A DNA stretch of 64,000 bases from the IMG/VR virus record IMGVR_UViG_3300033067_002128, positions 34,432 to 98,431 of that record. One strand, written 5' to 3'. This document shows positions 1 to 9,900 of this stretch, in pieces. Origin of the DNA: a virus (taxonomy: Duplodnaviria; Caudoviricetes). The translations under genes and the position numbers were made by a program. The notes under the pieces were generated by a model. It was not told the DNA's origin. It did no database searches and saw nothing but the letters and a program-made list of their open reading frames with translations. How positions within the stretch are numbered: position 1 is the first letter of the stretch; each line of letters begins with the position of its first letter.

Positions 1-75
1 GTAGAGGTCGAAAAATCTCCAGAAGTCCAAGAAACAGAATCAGATGGACAAGAAGGAGCTACTCAAGAAGGCTGA
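1..75 (+). CDS. 3' end of an upstream hypothetical protein (acidic C-terminus), truncated by window edge
   Basis: Frame 1 open from base 1: VEVEKSPEVQETESDGQEGATQEG, TGA at 73-75; overlaps start of next gene. Confidence 0.55.
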   Translation, partial: VEVEKSPEVQETESDGQEGATQEG

Positions 76-922
76 ATCGGTTCTTTTTGATATTTTGCGC
101 GGCTACAGTATTTTAAATGCTGGAAGCCGCGAATTGTATTTCAAACACTTTACTTTGCTTGATTCCCTTTCTTTCGAGGAAGAGTATAACAAAAGTTTGG
201 CATCCGCGAAAAGATCGGGAATTAAAGACGAAGCCGCCATTATAGCCGAGGCTATTAAATCCAAAAAGTGGTCCATACAAAAAGAAGAAGAGATAAAATC
301 ATTGATTTGGAGCATAGAAAAGCTGTCTGCCGCCTCTAAGAAAATATCCGACAGATGGCAAAGAAAAAGCGCCGAACAAAATGTAAAAGACAAGCAAGAG
401 GAATTGTCGAAAATTCAAGATGCTCGTCGTGAGATTTGCTCTTTCAGCGCGGAATCTTTTGCAGAAACAAAAAAGATAAAGAGAATCATTGCTTCTTCAC
501 TATATGAAGACGAGAAGTTGGAGAAAAAACTTGACGAGTCTGAAATTTTCCTATATTCAAAACAGTTTTTTGATAAAATTTCGGATTTAAATGAATCAAA
601 AGTCATAGCTTGCGCGGCCTATAATACCTCCTTTTTTGAGGTATTCTCGTTAAATTATAGGACTCCACATGTGCTATTAAAGAATGTCGGAATGGAAATG
701 ACCGTATTCCAGAAGAATCTTTTGGTCTATGCCAATGCCCTTCTTAATAAGCTAAGGAATGTCAATGTCCCAGAAAACATTCTGGAAGACGCAATAAGTG
801 TTCTTAATTATAAAGAGGTTGAGAAGAGTTCTGGCAAGAATACAAGCGTGGGCTTGGATGACTTGAAGGAAAAAAGCGCAAAAAATGGCGGCCAATTAAA
901 TCCCGAAGATTTTATTACATAA
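44..922 (+). CDS. hypothetical protein, possible tail assembly chaperone
   Basis: 292 aa helical, charged protein immediately upstream of the tape measure gene; function from position only. Confidence 0.4.
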   Translation: MDKKELLKKAESVLFDILRGYSILNAGSRELYFKHFTLLDSLSFEEEYNKSLASAKRSGIKDEAAIIAEAIKSKKWSIQKEEEIKSLIWSIEKLSAASKKISDRWQRKSAEQNVKDKQEELSKIQDARREICSFSAESFAETKKIKRIIASSLYEDEKLEKKLDESEIFLYSKQFFDKISDLNESKVIACAAYNTSFFEVFSLNYRTPHVLLKNVGMEMTVFQKNLLVYANALLNKLRNVNVPENILEDAISVLNYKEVEKSSGKNTSVGLDDLKEKSAKNGGQLNPEDFIT

Positions 923-923
923 G

Positions 924-929
924 GTGTAA
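924..929 (+). promoter_or_regulatory. GTGTAA phage late-promoter-like motif upstream of TMP
   Basis: GTGTAA 9 nt before the TMP ATG; same motif recurs before many late genes. Confidence 0.6.
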
Positions 930-938
930 TTAGAGGAA

Positions 939-3900
939 ATGGCAGGACAAGCATTTAATGCCCAAATGAATTTGACTCTGAATTCTCAGAGTCTTAATAC
1001 CGCTACCAAAGAGATTAGGCAGGCGTTGGGTCGTATTACAGGAAACGCTTCAGAGTTCCAGAAATCGCTTGATGCTTCGACTGCCCGTGTTTTTGCTTTC
1101 GGTGCCACCACTTTGGTTATTCAGGGCGTTAATCAGGCATTTAAGGCTCTTATCGGCACGACAATTGAGGTCGAGAAGAGAATGACGGAAATCAAAACAA
1201 TCTTTAGTGGAACGGCCCAAGAATTCAACGCTTTCCGCGAAAGCGTCTTCCAAGTTGCAAAAGATACTGGACAGGCATTTTCAGTAGTTGCGGATGCTGC
1301 GGCAGAATTTGCCCGTCAAGGTCTTAACGCAGAAGAAACGGCAAAAAGACTTGAGGCCGCTCTTGTCTTGACAAATGTTTCTGGTCTTGATTCGGTTAAA
1401 TCCGTCAATACTCTTACGGCAGCCATTAACGGTTTCAAATCGGCTGCTTTGACGGCAGAACAAGTAACCAACAAATTGGTTGCGGTTGATACCAGATTCG
1501 CTGTTTCGGCAAAAGACCTCGCAGACGGGTTGACCCGTGCTGGTTCTACGGCAGAAGATGCTAGGGTCAGCTTTGACGAATTGTTGGGTATTATTACTGC
1601 CGTTCAACAAAAAACCCAGCGCGGTGGTGCTGTTATTGGTAACGCCCTTAAAACGATTTTTACAAGATTGGGTCGCCAAGGAGCCATTGAAGACTTGCAG
1701 GCTCTTGGGGTGGCAATTGATGAATCTCAAAGCGGCATTCAAAAACTCAAAGCTCTTGGAGAGGCGTTTGAGGCCGCATCTGGCGATCCGTCAAAACAAA
1801 ACAAAATTAAAGAAATTTCCGCTGGTGGTTTCCAAATTAACATCATTTCTGCCGCTTTAAAAGATTTAAATAGCGAACAATCTATATTTGCCGACGCGAC
1901 AAAAGCTTCGACAAATGCCGCGCAGGAAGGATACGAAAAGAACGCCAAAATTGTCAAAACCCTTAGTGGTCAGATTAACGCCTTGATTGTCAGCCTAACA
2001 AATATGGCTGAAAAGGTGGGCCAGATAACTTTTGCGCCGATTTTGGGAACTCTTGTTGATATTGCTTCGAAAGTTTCTGGATTTTTAAATGAGGCTCTTG
2101 ATCCAGAAAAAGGAAACGCTTTTGTCAAGGGGATATTGAAGAGCATCGGGTCTTTTGTCAGTGGGCCGGGACTCGTTTTGCTTACGACGGCCTTTATTAA
2201 AGTTATATCTTTGGTCGCCAAGTTTGCCAAAGACGGATTCAAATCCGTTCTCTCTATTAATTCCGAGTCTGAAAAATTAAAGAGTATTCAGGTTGGCATT
2301 GTCAATAGCTTGAATACAGATAAAAAGTTTCGTGAGGCAATTCTAAGCACCACCTTGACTCATGCGGAAAAACAGCAAGCTATTGCCGATGCGATCAATA
2401 GGGAAAACAAATTGTTGCGCGAGCAGGAAAGAATTCTAACAGCCATTGGCAAGTTTGCCCTTTCCAGAGGCATATCTGGATTTGATACTGGAAGCGGGTT
2501 TGTCGATCCAAAAGGCAAGCCGAAAAATGCCGCAAAAGGCTTCGTCCCTTCTTTCCAAGCTTCCGCACAGGAAACAATGATGGAAACATCTGCGGCAAGA
2601 GAGCATGGTTATAAAGCTGGCAAAGTATTCAATACAAGATTGTATGATGGAACTGGAGGATCGTTCAAAGCCACCGTAAATAGTGCTGAAAAAATCAAAA
2701 CGGTCAAAGGGCCGAATGGAGAATTAGGGACTTATGTAATTCCTCCTAATGGTTTGGCAGCAAAAGGCTTTGTGCCGAATTATGCTCCAATAAAAGCTCC
2801 GTATGCTGGCGCAAAAAAAATTCGCGAAGCTGAACAAAATGGAACTTTAGAATCTTATAAAAAAGGAGGAACTTATTTCTTTCCAGATGGTTCGCAGGCA
2901 GCAGAATCTCAAGTTTTAACTGTAACAAGAAGAAGCGAAAACATTTCGGCAAGAGATGAAGCAAGAACTCAACTTCGTGGTGGAAGTTTTGGAATGCTTG
3001 TTCCTAATTTGGGATTTGTCAGAGACAATCCTCAATTCATAGGTTCTATAGACAAAACCCCTTATGTTATTGATAACTTGGCCATTCGCGGTCCAGATTT
3101 ATCAAAGACTGATCGTGCCGCAGATCCAAATGACGAATTGTTAAAGAAAAACATTGTTTCAAAAATCATAGACGAAAGCGCCAAATTTGCCAACTCTTTA
3201 GGCGGATCAAGACTCGACAGAAAAGCAATCACCACGCAATTTTCAAAAAATAGCGGAGCAAGAGGCGCGATCAATGGTGCTGTCGGCGCAGCCTTTGATG
3301 CTTCTGTTTTGGCGGCTTATCCTTCTGGAAGATATTCGGATAGTAAAAACAAAGAATTGAATAAAATTGGCGGTGATTTTGATTTAAGAAATGTTGATAA
3401 TGATGTAAAGACTCTTTTTAATTTGCCAAGGACAGTAACAACAGCCGACTTCAAGGCTTCTCCTTCTTCCGACAATATAAAAAGCTTCGTTGGTAAAATA
3501 ATGAAGGAACAGCGTGTTACCGCGACCCAAAAAGGAGAGATAACAAGAATAGACAACAGAAACAAAAAACTGCAAGGGAAGGCTTCTGGTTTTGTTCCGA
3601 ATTTTTCTCAAAAACCCCAAAAACTCCAAGAAGGAGATGATTTCGAAAAGCGCGTTTTCGGATACTTGGGTATGAAACCACCAGCAGGCAGAAGATTGGA
3701 TTTCGAACCAACGGAATTAAGACGCCAGCCTCCAGTTAGAAAATCAAGAATTGGCCTGCAAGGAGATTATGGGGACGTAAAGCTTTCTGGAGCGGATACA
3801 AATGAACATAACTTTTTAGGGAAACTAATTGCTCATTTTGGGTTGGCAGACAAAATCCAAAATTTATGGGACTCTGGCAGAAGAAAGGCTCCTATAGATT

Positions 3901-6900
3901 TAAATGCTTTAGAGCCAAAAATTAATAGCGCGTCTCTTTTCTACGAAGCCGATCCATCTATTTATCAAAGAGACACATTAAAAGCCTCGATTTCGGATGT
4001 TCTTCATTCTTCAAGGCCAAGAAAGGGAGAAAACAGCAAACTACTTGAAAAATTCAATTTTGCAAGAGCCAAAAAGGGCATATCTACATCCTCTGCTGTC
4101 AAACCGCAATATCGCGGTAAAGAATTGCAGGCGACAATTTTCAGGGATGGAATTTTAGACCCGTCGAATCTTGAAATAGATGAGCCATTTGGCAAGGGGT
4201 TTGTTCCAAACTTTGGTCTTAAAAACATAATTGAGTCTGCTAAATTTGCAGGGAACGCCGCTAAAACATTTGGAAAAGCCTTACCAAAGGGGACAATATC
4301 TTCCGCCGTTAAAGGTCAACTCGATCCAGAAACAATTTGGCCTCAACTGGAAGCTTTTATAATGAGACCAGAAAAGCTTATAACAAACATAGCTTCTTTG
4401 GAAAAAGCGAAAACAACAATTCGGACATTTCTTTCAAATGATATATTAAGGGACCGTTTTGCCAAAAGAGTTGCCCCATTGATAAACACTGATTTTTATA
4501 ACAACGCAGATGCATTAAAAAGCAGAGATTATTCATCATTAGAAGAAAATCCAGAAGACGAAAATTATCTAAAATACAAGCTTTTGGGAGGAACAAAGTC
4601 TATAAAAGATTCTGGATTTTCTGTTTCTGGCATTTCAGAAAAAGGAGCTTTCTCGAAATTGAAGCAAGGCTCTTATTATGCAAAAGACGTTGCTGACGCC
4701 GCAAGGCGGGCTATAAACCACGACCAAATGGGAAATCCTAATGTGAATGGGGATCAATATGATCCGAGAATGCTCGATAAAAAAGGCAAGTTTTACGGGT
4801 ATTCGAGTCTTTTAGGTGGATTCACAGGAAGAGTAAAGCAATACAAGGGTAAAAAATTTGCTTCATATAATGACAGATGGGATGTTGATCTAAATGCCCA
4901 AGAGAAAAAAATGCTGTATAGGCATCTATCAGGAGAAGAAATTTCTCAAGAAGAATTTTACAATTTTACTGGCTCAACAAACTCTTATGAAGCTCAATCT
5001 TTTGCCCCTTATATTCTTAGAGAACTCGTCTCCGCTATTCCTAAAGCACAACCAGCACGATTCAAGGGTGTTGTGTCATTGGCAAATGGGTTTGTTCCTA
5101 ATTTTGTCCGCTCAAGTAGAAAAATGGGTTCTGGAGAATATGGTTCTTTCTATAAACTAAACGATAAAATAGGAACAAAAAGATTTAATAAAGAAACTCC
5201 TCGGGATAAAATTCCCGTGGAAACATCTGATATTGTAGAGGAATACGCTAATGCATCTCTTCTTGCGAACGTTCCTGTTGTGCGCGGTATTACTGGACCA
5301 AAAGTTGTGAATAGTCTGGAGGACGCAATCCGCGCACGCAGAATCCGCAAGGAAATTGTCACTTGGCCAATGGCTAAAGACGCAATCGGATTAACAGAGT
5401 CAAGCAATGTTGGTGATATTCTGGAATGGAATTTGACCGATAATGGATTAATGGCGAGTGATTTGCATGGCAATAATTATGCGATGAACCAACAAGCCGT
5501 GAGATTTTTTAATGAAAACGACGGGTTGCCGATGCTTGGCAAGGGAAGTCGTTCTGGATGGATGGGAGAGTTTGCTAGAAGTGGATCTATGGCGTCTATT
5601 GTTGACGCTGGATTGATGCACGCAACATCTCAAAATTTAAAGAACTACATAAGTAATATTGCTTCTCAAGCATCTCAAATTTTAGGAATTAGTTCCACTA
5701 CAAAAAAACAACAAAGTTCCAAAATCCGCTCGACAACAGCGAAAACTGCGGCAAATGGCTTTATTCCAAACTTCAATATCTTCAAAGCTTTCCCTCAAAA
5801 GAACGAGCGCATGAGCTTCGTTGGTGCGGCAAAAAGAGGCAATTCTAAAGTCCTCGACACCATGCAAAAGGCTGGTATAAACTTGAAGCCTTCAAGATTC
5901 GGCCAAGCGCCAGATATTGGAAAACTCAAGAAACTATTCCAGCTTAAAGACAGTCAACAGCCATTCAATTCCTTTTTTAACAAAGCTTATGAAGTGGCCG
6001 ACACAAAAACCAAAACAGGCGCATCTGAAGATCAAATGCTTGCTGAGTTTTGGAACTTGTATGGTAAAAATCCAATTGTCCAAAAAGAACTCTCCAATAT
6101 CAAGGCGGAAGGTTTTGTTCCGAACTTTGCAGACGCCAAAAAACAAAAAACTCCAATCAAAGGCCGCAACACATTCCAAAAAGAATGGCTAACCGAGCAA
6201 TCCAAAAAAACAGGAGTTTCATTAAATAATCCAGACGCCGTTTTCAAACTTGGCGCGAAGTTCGCCAAGAAGTATCCTAATGACCAATACATGATGGCGC
6301 TTGCTGAAGGTTTTGTTCCCAATTTCGTCTCTAAATCAAGAATGATGGGTTTTGGGGCTCAAGGTTCTTTTGCCAAACTGAACGAAAACGTTGGAGTCAA
6401 GAAATTTGATAAATCGTTATCTCCGCAAAAACTACAAACCGCTTTAGAGCGTGAATGGTTGTCCGCGCAGCATTTGTGGGAGTCCACACAAGGCGAAATG
6501 GTCACTGGCCCGAAAGTTCTTTCAAGCCTAGCCGACTCAATTAGAAGAAAGGGCATAAGAAAAGAAATCATCAATGACCCGCTTGCAAGAGCCGCCGTTG
6601 GGGGAGAAAAGGCCAGAGAATTCGGCATAGGCTTCTTGAAAAATCTGGTATTGCAGAAAACAGGATTAGAGATTCCTGATTTGCATGGTTCGAATTATAC
6701 AGTCAATGATGCGGCCAAAGAGTATCTCTTGGGTGACGCTTCCAAAAAAGCGGGGGCGAAGTTTAATATCATTGATACTGGTTTGGCCAAGGCGGTTGGA
6801 TACAAGGCTCAAGAAGCATACAGAAGATTATATGCCCAAAAAGAGCAAGCTAAGAAAAAAGCCGCTTCTGGTTTTATCCCGAACTTCTCCGCAGTAAACG

Positions 6901-9900
6901 ACGCAATCAAACGCGAACAATCCGCTGGCGTTCCAAAATCCGCAATTTATCTCGACTCTTCTCCCCAATTAAAGTCTTCTAGGAACCCTAGTGGTTTAAT
7001 GGTGGCGAACTCCATTGATGAACCAAAAGGAGGCTATCAGGGCATTCAAAGAGCCAAAAAGGAAGGCAAGAATCCAAAAATGTATGGTGCCGCTGGAGGG
7101 TTTGTGCCGAATTATGCGGCAAAAATTGGTGGTATATCTGTAAAAAGTGGGACCGCTTCCTTTGATCTGAATGCAAGTGCAAAATTAAATGATGCGTTGC
7201 AAAATATGGCAAAAGAAATGCGGGCTGGAAAAATGACTTTATCTACGGCAAGAAAAAATTTTGAAAGTCTGACCAAAACACTTGGAGTATCAAACCAATC
7301 CCAAAAAGACTTAAATTCCAAAGGTCAAGGATTAATTGGCGCTTATGATCTTGAAATGAAAAACAGAAAAGCTCTTGCCGATTCTATCAGACAAGGAAGG
7401 GCTCAAAGGGGCAAAAAAACTTCGGGTCCGAACGGTTTTGATAAAACTCTTGAAATGGCAAAAGGCGGCTTAGATAAGTTTAATAATAAACTTATAGGTG
7501 CTCAATTTGGTCTTTTCGCAATATCAACTGCTGCCGAAGGTCTTGTTGGAGATAATAAAGAGCTTTCAGAAGGAATACAAAAAACAACTCAACTTCTTGG
7601 TTCTGCTCTTGCTATATCACAAGTTGCGCCAGCTTTTCTCTCTCTTCTTACCCCCATTGGACTTGTTGTGGGCGCTTTCGCGTTAGCGGGTGCAGCAATT
7701 TTATATTTTAACTCTCAAATTAAAAAATTCGAAAATGAAGGAGAAGTAACTAAGGGTAAAATCAGGTCTGTTCGTGGATCACAAAATCAACGAAAAATAA
7801 CAGAACTAACTGCTGCTGGCGTTGATCCAGTTGAAATTGAAGCTATACAAAAAAGACAAACGGCGGTTGAAGAAGCTAGAAATAAAGCTGAAGCCGAAAG
7901 ATCGAAGTTGGAAAAATTACAAAATAATCGTGATTTAGCTGGATCAGGGATTTTGGGAAACAGTATAATTACAAAAGATTTGGATCAGAAAATCAAAAAC
8001 CAATCTCCAATTTCAGAAGCAGCAGACGCGGCATATCAAGCTCTTGCAGATCAATTTGATAAAGACAATGAGGCGGCAAAGAAAGCGGCGGAAGACCTTA
8101 AAAAGTCATTTGACTTTGCCAAAAGACTCTCTTCTGATAAGGGTTTCGTGGGAGAACGAGCAAGCGCGGCTCTTACTGAATTTGCGACACAAGATAAAAG
8201 ATTTAAAGACGCTAAAAAAGCAAAAGCAGAAATTGATGGCCAATTAAAAAACGAAAACATAAAAGGCGAAGCAAGAAACGCTTTACAAAACAAACAACAA
8301 CAAGCCGAAGAGGAATTTAATTCAGCCGATACTTCTCTTAAATTCGCCCTTAACGAACTCCAAGCCATATTCAAAAGAGGCGGTAAAGACCTAAGCTCAG
8401 AACTTAAAATTGCTGCCGACATGTTTAAAGCCAGAATGTCTAAATTAAATGAAGAAATTGAAAAATCTGGAGAAGCATTAAGAAAAAGAAGCGAGATTTT
8501 AAACATAACCCAATCAATCAACGCTCCAGAAGATGAAAAATTTTCTAAAGTCCTACCAAAACTTTTAGAAATTCAAGGAGCCAAAACAAACGCGCAATTC
8601 GCTCAAAACGAATTTAACAAAGGGTTTTCCGATATTTCAAAAATATTTGATCCATCAATCTTGAAAATTGATGATACTCCACAAAAAAACAAAGCACAGG
8701 CTGAAAGAGATCTTATTGCGCAAAATAGATCAGTTTCAAATCCAGAAGGAACGCTAACTAAAGACCAACAAGGCAAAATAGACGAAAACTTTAAGAAAGA
8801 ACTTGACGCAGCTCAACAAAAAGCCCTAGAAAGTGCAAAAACAAAATTGCCAAAAATTGAAGAAAGCATAAAAAGTGGAGATGCTCAAAGTAGGCTTTTC
8901 GAAACATTTGTAAGTGGCGGCGAAAAGGCTTTTGACCAAGTGTTTAAAGGCTCTTTCTCTTTTGTGGATTTAGGAACAGAAGGCGGAAAGGCGCTATATG
9001 ATTCCTTATTAGAGGGCGCAAAAAATTTCAAAGGAGCAATTATTGAAGGCTATACAAAAGCCAAAAATATTCAAAACGAAATCAATAATCAAATTAAACA
9101 AACTGGACTGGAGTTAATAAAAGCCCAAAAAGAAGCCTTGTCGAGTCTTCCTTCCACGCTGGAGAAAATTAAAGAAGGTCCATCTGTTGATCCTTTGGCT
9201 CTTTTCAAAAAATTTGAAGAAGCTGCAAAATTACTCAAAACTGGAAAAGCAGAAGATGCCAAAAAGGCAACAGACATTCTTTCTTCAACTTCAAAAGATT
9301 CCGAAGCTTTCAAGGGTTTATTTGGTCAAAAATCTTTAGAAGGAATCCAAGAAAGGGCTGGGCTTGATCCAAGCGCGGTTGCAAAAACAGTCGAATCCGC
9401 GACATTCAGTAAAACTATTTTTGATTCAATAGAAAATACAATTAAAGATAGTCTTACTGGCGGGAATCGTCTTCAAGCGACAAAAGCACTTGAAAATGTC
9501 AAGGCCGACCCATCAAAAATTAATGAGTTTATTGAGACAATAAACCGCACATTTACTGGTAGCCTTGCTGGCAAAGGAAAGCAGATTACATCTTCTGTCC
9601 AAATGTTTGCTCCTCAAGGACCGTCTTCTCAAGACATAACCAGAAGACTGGCTGGAACATCAGAAATAAAATTTGCCGATAAGGAAACGGTTGAAGGGCT
9701 TAAAAAGGCAATTGCTGAATTTTCTAAAAATGCCCAAGACCCAAAAGCGTTTGAAGGGCTTAAAAAACAATTAGAGTCGGTTTTCGGTCAAGAAAAAGGA
9801 AGCAAGGCCGCAGAAGCTTATAAAACAGCCGCAAATAGAACCCGTGAGTTTTCTCCAGAAGATGATGCTGTAAAGGGTCTTACCGAAAGACAAAAACAAC

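Noticed and set aside
1-922. Programmed -1 frameshift between tail chaperone ORFs
   Set aside because: The frame relationship is +1, no slippery heptamer is evident, and the upstream gene is cut by the window edge.
2982-3011. GSFGMLVPNL as an eleventh motif copy
   Set aside because: Lacks the GF core directly before VPN; likely degenerate or chance.
2529-7115. TMP motif copies as a CRISPR-like or site-specific DNA recombination array
   Set aside because: Copies vary at synonymous positions, spacers are 170-860 bp and in frame, and no recombinase or cas gene is nearby; homologous exchange at the motif remains possible.
2529-7115. TMP segments as inteins
   Set aside because: No C/S1...HN-C/S/T splice junctions or Hint motifs at the boundaries.
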